From positions 42,064 through 106,063 of the IMG/VR virus record IMGVR_UViG_3300013426_000023: DNA of 64,000 nt; one strand, written 5' to 3'. The stretch's first letter is position 1; each line of letters begins with the position of its first letter. The notes beneath the pieces are model-generated. The model was not told the DNA's origin, did no database searches, and was given only the letters and a program-made list of their open reading frames with translations. Positions 35,660-46,800 of the stretch are shown one piece after another. Origin of the DNA: a virus. Lineage: Duplodnaviria > Caudoviricetes. The position numbers and the translations under genes were made by a program.

Positions 35660-37880
35660 ATATCAAACTTCTATAACAAGTGAATTGCTTGATAAATATC
35701 CACAAGAAGTACAGGAACAATTCTTGGAATTTATAAATAATGTACCTTATATAAGAAATTTAATATCTCCAAATAGACCATATACAAAAGATTTACCTAA
35801 AGATAAAAATGGTAGAGCTATAATAGATTTGACAAATCCACCTTTACATGAAAATATGGATTATTTTAAGCCTACTGCAAAAACTTATCAAAAGTATGGA
35901 AAGGTAAGTACTTTAAGACCTAATCCTAATCCTAATAGTGAATATGGAAAATGGATAAGGGAAGAAGTAAGAAGATGTTATGATGGATATATTAGAGAAG
36001 ATGGTGAATTTGTTACAGGGGATATGTATTATTTCCTTAATTATTGTCCTATATTATTAAGTAAGGTTGTAGATGGAAAGAAAGCACTTAGAGTATGGGA
36101 CTTTCCTGAATTTTGGGAAGGTCACTGGCTTAAATTTAATTATATAGAAAAAGCTAGAAATGAAGGTCATCATGGTGCAGAATTGGCTAGTAGAAGTAAA
36201 GGTAAGTCATTTACTTTGGCATCAATGACAGCAAAGAGATTTGTGTTAGGAGAATCAAGGGAGGTTAATAGGGAAGTAAAGTGTTTAATTACTGCATATC
36301 AAAAAGAATACTTAGTAAAAGATGGTATATTGAATAAGTTTCAGTCTTATATTGATTTTGCAGCACAGAATACTGAATTTCCTACAAGAAGATTAAAGTC
36401 TTCTTTACAAGACATGTCATGGAAAATGGGATATATAGACCTTGATACTAATACACAAAAAGGTACGTTAAATGAAGTACTAGGAGTATCATCAAAAGAT
36501 GATGAATCAAAACTTAGAGGTAAACGTGGAGTACTTATAGGTATTGAGGAGTTTGGTTCATTTCCTAACTTATTAGGACTTTATGGAACATTAAGACCTT
36601 CTGTAGAGGAAGGTGATGTTACTTATGGTCTTATATATGCACAAGGAACTGCTGGTGATGATGATTCTGATTTTGCTGGAGCACAAGAAATAATGTATAA
36701 TCCTATGGGTTATAATATGGAAGCAATACCTAATGTATATGATAAAGAAGGACAAGGTAGAAAATACTTTACCTATTTCTTTCCAGGCTTCATGAATAGA
36801 AAAGGTTGTTATGATAAAGATGGTAATAGTGATGTAGTAAAAGCATTACTTGAAATATTAATGAATAGATATAAAGTAAAGTATAATTCTACTGACATTA
36901 ATGCTATTACAAAGACTGTATCAGAAGTACCTATTACACCACAAGAAGCTATTATTAGAACAAGAGGTAATATATTTCCTGTAACTGCAATAAATGAAAG
37001 ATTAAATGAAATAGACAATAATCCTAATTTCTTTGATGATGTTTATGTTGGTAAATTAGTAATGAATAGTAGTGGGAAGGTAGAATTTAAACCTACAAAT
37101 GATATACCAATAAGAGATTTTCCTACTAAAGATAATAAAGTTGAGGGTGCTATTGAGATATATGAAATGCCTGTAAAACAATCTGATGGTAATGTAAATC
37201 CAGAAAGATATATAGCATCTCTAGATAATTATGAGAATGATACTGCAAATACAATGTCATTAGGTTCTATATTTGTATTGGACTTATGGACAGATAGAAT
37301 AGTAGCAGAATATACAGGAAGACCTATGTTTGTAGATGACTTAAATGAAATAGCAAGACTAATTTGTTTCTTTTATAATTGTAAACTATTGTATGAGAAT
37401 AATAAGAAAAATACATTTGCTTATTTCAGTAAGATGAATTGTTTATATAAACTTGAAGATACACCAGAATATCTTAAACAAAGACAATTATTAAAAACTG
37501 TTGGATATGGTAATACTGCTAAAGGTGTAAATGCAATACCAGCAATTAAGAATCATGGTTTTTTATTAATTAAAGATTGGTTATTAAAACCAGTAACTAT
37601 CACTGCTCCTATAGGAGCAAATGGAGAAGAGATAGAAACTACTGTTCCAAATCTTCATTTTATAAAGAATAGAGCTTTATTAAAGGAATTATCATTATTT
37701 AATCCAGATATAAATGTAGATAGAATCATGAGTATGGTTCAATTAATGATATTTAGAGAACAAAAGATGATTATATATCAAGGAGAACTTGATGGTTCAA
37801 AAAGAGAATTTATTGATAAGAATTATATAGGAAATGATGATTTTTTTAAGAGAAACTATGATGTAAGACATCATAATTAA
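35634..37880 (+). CDS. terL: Terminase large subunit
   Basis: ASRSKGKS Walker A, LRGKRG..IEEFG Walker B, GTAG, nuclease domain SLDNY...YENN...NVDRIMS. Confidence 0.92.
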   Translation: MESLIPTNKYQTSITSELLDKYPQEVQEQFLEFINNVPYIRNLISPNRPYTKDLPKDKNGRAIIDLTNPPLHENMDYFKPTAKTYQKYGKVSTLRPNPNPNSEYGKWIREEVRRCYDGYIREDGEFVTGDMYYFLNYCPILLSKVVDGKKALRVWDFPEFWEGHWLKFNYIEKARNEGHHGAELASRSKGKSFTLASMTAKRFVLGESREVNREVKCLITAYQKEYLVKDGILNKFQSYIDFAAQNTEFPTRRLKSSLQDMSWKMGYIDLDTNTQKGTLNEVLGVSSKDDESKLRGKRGVLIGIEEFGSFPNLLGLYGTLRPSVEEGDVTYGLIYAQGTAGDDDSDFAGAQEIMYNPMGYNMEAIPNVYDKEGQGRKYFTYFFPGFMNRKGCYDKDGNSDVVKALLEILMNRYKVKYNSTDINAITKTVSEVPITPQEAIIRTRGNIFPVTAINERLNEIDNNPNFFDDVYVGKLVMNSSGKVEFKPTNDIPIRDFPTKDNKVEGAIEIYEMPVKQSDGNVNPERYIASLDNYENDTANTMSLGSIFVLDLWTDRIVAEYTGRPMFVDDLNEIARLICFFYNCKLLYENNKKNTFAYFSKMNCLYKLEDTPEYLKQRQLLKTVGYGNTAKGVNAIPAIKNHGFLLIKDWLLKPVTITAPIGANGEEIETTVPNLHFIKNRALLKELSLFNPDINVDRIMSMVQLMIFREQKMIIYQGELDGSKREFIDKNYIGNDDFFKRNYDVRHHN

Positions 37881-37903
37881 CATATTCATTTAATACATTA
37901 AAT

Positions 37904-37950
37904 AAATCCACTTATATTAAAGTATAGGTGGATTTTTTTATGTATTTTTG
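37904..37950 (+). terminator. Terminator with adjoining -7 promoter box
   Basis: AAATCCACTTATA/TATAGGTGGATTT-T tract, then TATTTTTG 37943-50. Confidence 0.7.
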
Positions 37951-37974
37951 CATATAAAAATTAAATAGAATAAT

Positions 37975-40362
37975 ATGAGTATAAATAACATATTTCCAAG
38001 ACAAACACTACCTTTTAATAAGAAAGGTAAAGAATGGCAAAAACAATGTGTAGATTTTGCTGATAGCAGAAGTTACTCTCATTATTCTCCATGTAGAAAT
38101 AGTGTAAGAAAGAAAATTATTAATTATAATTTACTTAATGGTAGATTAGACATGAGGGATTTACAATTAATTTTAAATCCTGAAGGTTTAAAAGTTGATT
38201 ATATACCAGCTAAATTACAGCATTATCCTATAATGAACTCAAAGCTTAATGTACTTAAGGGAGAAGAATCAAAAAGAGTATTTGATTTTAGGGTTGTTAT
38301 TACTAATCCTACAGCTATCTCAGAGATAGAGGAGAATAAGAAACAAGAGTATACAAATAAAATACAAGAATGGATTCAAAGTAATGCTACTGATGATGAA
38401 GCACAACAAGAATTAGCTTCAATTACAGATTATATGTCATATGATTGGCAGGACATGAGAGAGATGAGAGGTAATTTTGTACTTAATCATTATATGAAAG
38501 AATATGATATATCTTCAATATTTAATTCTGGTTTCATGGATGCAATGACTGTAGGAGAAGAAATATATTATATAGGTATTGTAGGTGGTGAACCTGTAAT
38601 AGAAAGATTAAATCCTACAAAAGTAAGAGTACTTAAATCTGGCTTTTCAAATAAAATTGAGGATGCTGACATGATTATCATTGAAGATTATTGGAGTCCT
38701 GGAAAAATAATAGATAATTTTTATGATGTATTATCACAAAACGATATTAAAAAAATTGAGGATTTTCCTAATAATTTAGGTACAGATAATACTGATAGAA
38801 ATGGTAATATTGACCCTATGTATGGTGTACTTCCTGCAAGTGTTGTATATAGTGATGATGACAATGGAATGGAAGGAGAAAATACTGAAGATAAATTTAT
38901 GCTAAATCTTGATGGTTATAATCCTACTATGATGGCTTATGATTATGCAGGTAATATAAGAGTACTTAGAGTATTTTGGAAATCAAAAAGAAAGATAAAG
39001 AAAGTAAAGTATTATGATGAGAATGGAGATGAACAATTTAACTTCTATACTGAACAATATGTAATAGACAAAGATAGAGGTGAAGAAGAACAAGTACTAT
39101 ACATTAATGAAGCATGGGAAGGTACTAAGATAGGTACAGATATTTATGTAAATATACAACCTATGCCGTGTCAATTTAATAGACTGAGTAATCCTTCAAG
39201 ATGTCATTTTGGTATCATAGGTTCTATTTATAATCTTAATGATGATAAACCATTTAGTATGGTGGATATGATGAAACCTTATGCTTATTTATATGATGTA
39301 ATTCATGATAGATTAAATAAGTTACTTGCAAGAAACTGGGGTACTTTAGTTAATCTTGATTTAGCTAAGATACCAAAAGGATGGGATGTAGACAAAGTAC
39401 TTTATTATGCAAAGACAATGGGTCTTAATGTAGTAGATTCATTTAAGGAAGGTACTTCTGGTGCTGCTACAGGAAAACTTGCAGCATCTTTAAATAATGC
39501 CTCTACAGGAGTTATTCAAGCTAATGATGCACAATCAATACAACAATACATACAATTACTTGAGTTTATCAAGAATGAAATGTCTGAAGTTGTTGGTATT
39601 ACAAAACAAAGAGAAGGTCAGATTAGTAATAGAGAGACTGTTGGTGGTGTAGAAAGAAGTACATTACAATCTTCACATATTACTGAATGGGTATTTATAG
39701 TACATGAGAATTTGAAAAAAAGAGTACTTGAAGCCTTTCTTGAAGTAGCAAAGATAGCAATGAAAGGTAATAAGAAGAAATTTCCTTATATATTACCTAA
39801 TGGAATGGAGAAAATGGTTGAAATAGATGGAGATGAGTTTGCAGAGTGTGACTATGGTTTAGTAGTTGATAATAGTGATGCTACACAAAAGTTAAACTCT
39901 CAAATGGAGACACTTGCACAAGCAGCTCTACAAAATCAATTATTATCATTCTCAAGTATTATGAAATTATATGGTTCTGCATCTATTGCTGAGAAAACAA
40001 GACTTATTGAGAAAGAAGAACAAGCTAAACAAGAGCAAGCACAACAACAAGCACAACAAGAACAACAAGCTCAACAAGAAGTATTACAACAAAAAGCACA
40101 GAGTGAACAAGAGCAAAGAGACCAAGAATATAAGATGAATCAAGAAAATAATGAGACTAAAATTATTGTTGCTCAAATTAGTGCTCAAGCAAAGGTTGAT
40201 ACTACTGATTTTACTCCAGAAGATAATAGTATGGAACAAGCAAAGCTTGAAGAAAACAGAAGACAATTTAATGAAAATTTAAGTTTTCTCAGAGATAAGT
40301 CTGAAAAAGAATTAAATATAAAGAGACAACAATTACATAAACAACAAGCAACTAAGAAATGA
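37975..40362 (+). CDS. Portal protein
   Basis: Follows terL; HYPIMNSKLNVLKGEE, GITKQREGQISNRETVGGVER, Q-rich C-terminal coil typical of crAss portals. Confidence 0.9.
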   Translation: MSINNIFPRQTLPFNKKGKEWQKQCVDFADSRSYSHYSPCRNSVRKKIINYNLLNGRLDMRDLQLILNPEGLKVDYIPAKLQHYPIMNSKLNVLKGEESKRVFDFRVVITNPTAISEIEENKKQEYTNKIQEWIQSNATDDEAQQELASITDYMSYDWQDMREMRGNFVLNHYMKEYDISSIFNSGFMDAMTVGEEIYYIGIVGGEPVIERLNPTKVRVLKSGFSNKIEDADMIIIEDYWSPGKIIDNFYDVLSQNDIKKIEDFPNNLGTDNTDRNGNIDPMYGVLPASVVYSDDDNGMEGENTEDKFMLNLDGYNPTMMAYDYAGNIRVLRVFWKSKRKIKKVKYYDENGDEQFNFYTEQYVIDKDRGEEEQVLYINEAWEGTKIGTDIYVNIQPMPCQFNRLSNPSRCHFGIIGSIYNLNDDKPFSMVDMMKPYAYLYDVIHDRLNKLLARNWGTLVNLDLAKIPKGWDVDKVLYYAKTMGLNVVDSFKEGTSGAATGKLAASLNNASTGVIQANDAQSIQQYIQLLEFIKNEMSEVVGITKQREGQISNRETVGGVERSTLQSSHITEWVFIVHENLKKRVLEAFLEVAKIAMKGNKKKFPYILPNGMEKMVEIDGDEFAECDYGLVVDNSDATQKLNSQMETLAQAALQNQLLSFSSIMKLYGSASIAEKTRLIEKEEQAKQEQAQQQAQQEQQAQQEVLQQKAQSEQEQRDQEYKMNQENNETKIIVAQISAQAKVDTTDFTPEDNSMEQAKLEENRRQFNENLSFLRDKSEKELNIKRQQLHKQQATKK

Positions 40363-43300
40363 CAGATATAAGACAATTAATAAAAAGTAATAAGGAAGAG
40401 ATATTTCCACAGTCATTTGTAGAAGCTATAACAGAAAGAAGTACAGGTAAATCATTATCAGATATTCTTAGAGGATTCAACAATATATTTGTAGCTTATA
40501 CTGATAATGAGGAAAATACAAGATTACAAGTACCTCTTACTTATAGAAAGCAAGGACTTACACTTACATATGTAAATGATAACACTGTCATAAGTGCTAT
40601 TTATATAGGAAATACAATACTTGATGATGATTGGAAATTAAGTAAGAATTGGAAATTGGTAAATACTTCAATTCCTTATTGGAAGATTGAAAATAATCAA
40701 TTCAAATATTCTATAGATGGAAGTACTTGGTATGATGCAGGAGATATAAATACAAATAATATATGGTTAAGTGAAAATCCACCTATAGATACAACAAATT
40801 ATCCTATTTGGGCAGACCCATCTGATACTTATATATTAAATAGTGATACAGATGAAATAAAGAATATAAAAACTCAGTTAAAAGAACTATCAACTAAAAT
40901 AAAGGGTATTGAAAAACTTACTACAATAGGTGTTGTAGCTTCTACTGTTGCAGATAGTTATAGAAGACAGATAATGAGTACTGCTACTCCAGAAAAACCT
41001 GAAGATGCTACTGATGTTGATGATACTGATGATAGTGAAGATAAACCTGATACTTCTGACATAGAACCAACTACAACTCATATAGCAATAAAGAGTGATA
41101 CAGCTGCTAATTTTACGAAGAATAAGCAAGATTTAATAGATAGTGAAATATTGTTTTATACTGATAGAAAGAAAATAGCTATTTATTATAAAGGTAATTT
41201 CTATGTACTTGGTTCTTCAGGTGAATCTAGTGGTGGAGGTGGTCTTTCTGTTGATGAATTATATAGTCTTGAAATAGAGAATTTACTATTTACAAATGGT
41301 AATAAATTATATAGAGTAAAAGTAGATTCAGATGGTGATTGGAGAGTATTGGAATATAATAAAGAACCTATATCTGTAGGTTCACCAGATGCAGCATGGG
41401 GAGTTTATATAAATTACTTATTGTGTATAAATGAAGTATTTTGTGGAGGTAATAATACAGAAGGTACTATGGTATCACATAATTTTATTGAACTTGCCAA
41501 TGCATCAAATACAGATATAAATCTTAATGGAATACATTTATTGTATACTGATGGTTCACAAGAAGACCCATCAGATGTAGGATATATATGGAAAGTACTT
41601 GATTTACAAGGTACTATAAAGGCAGGTTCTACATTTGTAATAAGAGGTAATAGATGTAATAGTGATAAAGCAAGTTTTATAAAAGTACAAAGTTATGATA
41701 TGGAATGGGATATTACATTTAATCAAGGTAAATCTTCATTCTTACTTTGTGCAGGTGATAAGTATAAAGAACTGCTTAATAAGAAACAACTTAGAAATAC
41801 TTGGAACAAAAATACTATAATAGAAGGATATATAGATGCTTGTGGTTTTGGTGAAGGTGCTTCCGCTGAGGGTACAGGTAACTTCCTTGTAAATAGTGAT
41901 TGGAATAACACGTTGTTTGTAAGATGGTTTATGTTAGACCCTTGTAAGCAAGGTAATAAAGCATATTCCGCAAGAAGTACTTCTGCCCTTTGGACATATA
42001 TAGATTTAAGCAAACATGATGAATATATGGGTAATAGTACACAATATTATTATCCAGATTATATAAAACAGCTTTATACTCCAAGAGCTTCTTATGAGAA
42101 AAAGGATTTCTTTACTAATAAAAATAAATTTGATAATACTAAACCTAATTATGTTTGTGTTACATTTGGCATACAAGCTACTGATAATGGTAATGGTGCT
42201 ACAAGGTGTTTTAATTGGATTTCTGTTGGTTATTACGATGAGTATTTGGAGTATAAAATTGAAGGTACAGATGAATGGAAGAAAGTTTATTCCATAACAA
42301 AAAATAATAGGAATAATACTGATGACATTAATAAATATATAGATTATTATCAAAGACTTAAATGGACTACATCAGATGGTATGTGGGTAACTACACATAA
42401 ATGTATAGTCAAAGGATTAAAAAAAGGTATTTATGAATATAGAATTGGTAGAGATAATAATAGTTTCTATAAGAGTGAGATAAAAACTTTTACAGTTAAA
42501 TCAGATTCTGATGTAAAAACATTTAGTTTTATACAGACAACTGACCAACAAGGTTTTAATTGGGCAGAATATCAAGCATGGAAGAAGTCAGCTTATGTAC
42601 TTAGTAATAATGAAAATAACTTTGATTTTACTATAAATACAGGTGATATTACACAAAATGGAAATAGAGTAAATGAATGGTTAGATTATTATGATGGTAG
42701 ACAATTTATTGATGACAAAGAAGAAATGTTCACAATAGGTAATAATGATTTATGTGGTCATAATAGTACAGAGCTTACAGATGGTAATGATAATACATCA
42801 AAATATAATCATATAAATGTATTAAGATACTTTACATTTGAACTTGATATAAATAATAATTATTACTTTACATGGAATGAACAACAATATCCTATTTATT
42901 CAATGTATTCATTTAATTATGGTAATTATCATTTTATATCATTAAATTCTGAAATAGCACAAGCATCAAGTAAGATGTATAAAGATTGGAATACTGTAAG
43001 TAGTGGTGATGCAACTATGGCTAATGCCGCTAATGCAGCTATAGAGGATTGGTTTATAAAAGACTTACAATTATATACTAAAAATGATAATCCTACTAAT
43101 TGTAAGAATTGTATAGTATATATGCATGAAATGCCATTTACAATTGTTACATATGGTTTCATGACATCTACTGCTGAAAGAGTAGGTTCTCATTTAAATA
43201 TATTGAATGATAAAGGATTATATAGATTCTCAAGATTATTCAAGAAATATGGTATTAGATTAGTAATAGGTGGACATAAACATACATATAGTATATCAAA

Positions 43301-43853
43301 ACCTATATATGATGCACCTACAGGTTATATTGATAATAATAATCATATAAATAATAATATAGACCTTATGTCTGAATTACAAAAAGGTGATACCAGAAAA
43401 CCTGTTATACAAGTTACTAAAGGTGAATATGTGCAGAGTAATGAATATGCAAGATATGAAATTGTTGATAAAATTAATGCTCCTACTTATGTAATGTCAC
43501 AAGCTACAGGATATAAATTAATATCAAATAAGGAACAACCTGCAAGTGATATAATAAATCCTTGGTTATTATCCTATTTTATGTCTACAGGTCAAAGTAA
43601 TGCAAAGGAAAACTTAAAGCAACATTATCCTATGTATATAAGATATGATTTAAGTGATATAGATATAAAAGTAACTGCAAGACAAGTACAAAATGTATGG
43701 AATGTTAATATAACAAACAATACAAAGACTTTTGATATGAATAGACAACTTACAGATTTAGGTGTAAAAAATATGACATTATCTGAAATTTCTGATAATG
43801 ATATGACTGCTTATAATGTAACAGATAAAGAAACATATACAATTAAACTATAA
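40359..43853 (+). CDS. Virion-type protein: fibre anchor + lamin-tail domain + FN3 + metallophosphoesterase (purple acid phosphatase-like)
   Basis: RLQVP..YRKQGLTLTY; INEV...FIELAN...INLNG; YEYRIG; TDQQG, TGDITQNG, IGNND, MHEMP, GGHKHTY. Confidence 0.75.
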   Translation: MTDIRQLIKSNKEEIFPQSFVEAITERSTGKSLSDILRGFNNIFVAYTDNEENTRLQVPLTYRKQGLTLTYVNDNTVISAIYIGNTILDDDWKLSKNWKLVNTSIPYWKIENNQFKYSIDGSTWYDAGDINTNNIWLSENPPIDTTNYPIWADPSDTYILNSDTDEIKNIKTQLKELSTKIKGIEKLTTIGVVASTVADSYRRQIMSTATPEKPEDATDVDDTDDSEDKPDTSDIEPTTTHIAIKSDTAANFTKNKQDLIDSEILFYTDRKKIAIYYKGNFYVLGSSGESSGGGGLSVDELYSLEIENLLFTNGNKLYRVKVDSDGDWRVLEYNKEPISVGSPDAAWGVYINYLLCINEVFCGGNNTEGTMVSHNFIELANASNTDINLNGIHLLYTDGSQEDPSDVGYIWKVLDLQGTIKAGSTFVIRGNRCNSDKASFIKVQSYDMEWDITFNQGKSSFLLCAGDKYKELLNKKQLRNTWNKNTIIEGYIDACGFGEGASAEGTGNFLVNSDWNNTLFVRWFMLDPCKQGNKAYSARSTSALWTYIDLSKHDEYMGNSTQYYYPDYIKQLYTPRASYEKKDFFTNKNKFDNTKPNYVCVTFGIQATDNGNGATRCFNWISVGYYDEYLEYKIEGTDEWKKVYSITKNNRNNTDDINKYIDYYQRLKWTTSDGMWVTTHKCIVKGLKKGIYEYRIGRDNNSFYKSEIKTFTVKSDSDVKTFSFIQTTDQQGFNWAEYQAWKKSAYVLSNNENNFDFTINTGDITQNGNRVNEWLDYYDGRQFIDDKEEMFTIGNNDLCGHNSTELTDGNDNTSKYNHINVLRYFTFELDINNNYYFTWNEQQYPIYSMYSFNYGNYHFISLNSEIAQASSKMYKDWNTVSSGDATMANAANAAIEDWFIKDLQLYTKNDNPTNCKNCIVYMHEMPFTIVTYGFMTSTAERVGSHLNILNDKGLYRFSRLFKKYGIRLVIGGHKHTYSISKPIYDAPTGYIDNNNHINNNIDLMSELQKGDTRKPVIQVTKGEYVQSNEYARYEIVDKINAPTYVMSQATGYKLISNKEQPASDIINPWLLSYFMSTGQSNAKENLKQHYPMYIRYDLSDIDIKVTARQVQNVWNVNITNNTKTFDMNRQLTDLGVKNMTLSEISDNDMTAYNVTDKETYTIKL

Positions 43854-43854
43854 T

Positions 43855-46800
43855 ATGGGAAGTTTAAAAATAAAAAATAATAATGGAGAGGATTGGAAAG
43901 TCCTCTCCTCAAATAATTCCAAGGGTATCTCAGTAACAAATCAAAACTTACTTGAAGAAGGAATAAACTATACTTCAGTAGATGATGTACTTGAGAGACA
44001 TGAGGAAGACATAGATAAACTAAAGAGAAATGTATCATGGCTTGCAAAACATGGAGGTGGTGGTTCTGGAGGTTCTGGAGGTAGTACTGTAACAGAAGCT
44101 ACTTGTAAAATTACTGTAAATGAAAAAGAAAATGGAAGTCAAATAATATTAACAAATAGTGGGCTTAGTATCAAACTTAATGATATAGATGTAAAAATTA
44201 CTGGTAATTGGAAAGTATCTATAAGTATTGGTAGTACACAAATATATACAGGTAGTGCTTCATTCGTCAATCCTACTATATTACTTAGTGCTAATAAGAT
44301 ATATGATAATCTTACAAATCATACAGGATTACTTCATGTAACAGCAACATATGAAGATGAAAATAAAGGTATATATGGTTCTGCTTCTTGGGATGGTACA
44401 GTAGTTGAAAGTAATGTAGAAATTTCAGTAGACAATCAAGATTATACTTACGAAGATTTAGTAGGTAAGGAATTGTCAATTAGATATTCATCTGGTGTAA
44501 TAGGTAGTTATACACTTACAATTGAGGCGTATAAAGACAATAACAAAATAAACTCAATTACTGAAAAAATAAATATAACTACATCAAGCTCAAGCACTAT
44601 AAATAAGATAGTAACTGACCTTATTAAATCTTCAGATGCAACATCTACTGTTGGTGTTTATACATTAAAATTCTATCTTACAAATGATAATAATACTGAA
44701 GTAAGTGGAGAAACATCTTGTAATATAACAATAGTAAGTGATGAGATTCTTATAGCTACTACATATATGAGTGAAGATATATTAAATCCTACTGAAGTTA
44801 GCTTGGATTCTACAATTAATACTAGATTTACTGCTTACCTTTCAGGTGCTTCATTCTATAGTTATACTTATAGTATAGATGATATAAATCTTCTTACCTC
44901 TACAGGAACATTTGGTGAAGAGAATATAGATTTCTTATCAATAAAATCACTTGATTTAAATGTTGATGATATTAAAGCTCTTAAACTAAGTATTAAGTCT
45001 GGTGATAATACAGCAACAAAAACATGGTATATAAAGTTTGTGCAAGCTAAAAATACATTACTTACTCTTGACAATAGTATTAATGCAGAAAATATATTTC
45101 ATTTTGATAATACCCAATATTCTGAAGGAGTACAAGATATAGAAAATATATTAAGTACAGGTCTTGTAAAAACAAATCTTAATTTACATTATTCAAATAG
45201 TCTATGTGGTATGAGAACTAATCAAACTACAAGACTTCCTTATTATAGAATAAGTAATGGATGTTATGGTACTTTAGGTCCTTGGATATTAAATGATGTT
45301 GAATATAACACTTTTAACTTGTTTAATAGAAAGAGAGAATTTACAATATCAATATGTTTTAAGGCTGATTATCATCCAGATGATAATAGAACTATATTCT
45401 TCATGGGTAGTACTTCTTCAAGTAGTGGTGAAGAAGGTAATATCATTAAAGGTATATCAATAGATGTTCATGATATATACATTAATAATGAGTCTGTTGC
45501 AAAACTTACAGATGATACAGTAAATATAGTTGATATAGTATGTAGACAAACTGAATATAAAACTATGGTTGGTGATGAACTACAAACTATTAATGGCTAT
45601 ATTATAAAAGTATATATTGATGGTGTAATGACTTCTGTAAAGGAATATAGCACATATATATTTGATAATACAATCTTTAATAATATATATCTTGGTGGTA
45701 GACCTTACAGTGGTAAAGATAAAGATGAAATTGCTTATCTTTGTGATTGTTCAATATATTCACTTGATATATATACAACAGTACTTGATGAATATGATAT
45801 AATGATAAAATACATCAATAATCAAGTAATATCAAAATATGTTGATGGTGCTCCGAATTATGATATAATAGGTGAACAACTTAGATATAACTTCTGTTCA
45901 AGAAATTCAGATGGTACTGTAAATTCATTATTATATAATAAAGCAATAGGTTCTTATGATATTAGTTTCTTATTATCAGGTAATAATCTTGATATAAATA
46001 AGCTTAATACCAATGCAAAGGAAATAGGTCTTCCTATAATGCTCATTGATGTAAGTAACATACCAGATTGGACATTCAATAACTTTGTTCAACTACAAAG
46101 TGATGATAGTAGAAAACTTGCAGATGCAGATAATGTTCCTATACAATATTATGACCCTAATGGAAGTAATTCAAGTGTAGTGAAAATTTCTGGTTGTACT
46201 ATTGCATTACAAGGTACTTCTACATTAAAAGATGCAGTTAAGAACATTAATATAACTGTACCTAATGATAGTGTATTTATACCAAAAGATACTTGGTTTC
46301 CAGAACAAACGTATACATTAAAAGCTGATGTTGTTGATAGTTCACATAGTAATAATGCAGCAATAGGTAATTTTATAAATACTGAATTTGGTACAGATGT
46401 ATTGGATAAAAATAATTTAATGCCTTTTGACAATACTGCAATATCAAATGTAAATGAATCAAACTATAAAAAGACGCAACAACCAAAAGTAACATTGAAA
46501 CATACAGTTGAGGGATTCCCTATATTGTTGATTATGTGTTTTAATACTACTGATATAGGACAGATTTCTGTAACACCTTTAGGTATTTATTCATTTAACT
46601 TAGGTAGAAATGCATATAGAAATTTAGGATTTAAAAAACTTGACTCAATTACTGTCAAAGATAGTACTGAGAAGATAGAAATTGGTACATATCCATTCTC
46701 AATGAATAATGTTCAATATAATGAAACTGATTCTGATGCTAACTGGCTTGAGGTAGGAGCTACAGCTTCTGTACCACAATTACTTAATATAACTGAAAAT

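Noticed and set aside
1822-37880. Inteins in NrdD, helicases or TerL
   Set aside because: Lengths are normal, and no C...HN/[CST] junctions or LAGLIDADG blocks were seen
40010-40130. CAA/GAA-rich repeat in the portal
   Set aside because: Encodes the ordinary Q/E-rich coiled-coil barrel of the portal
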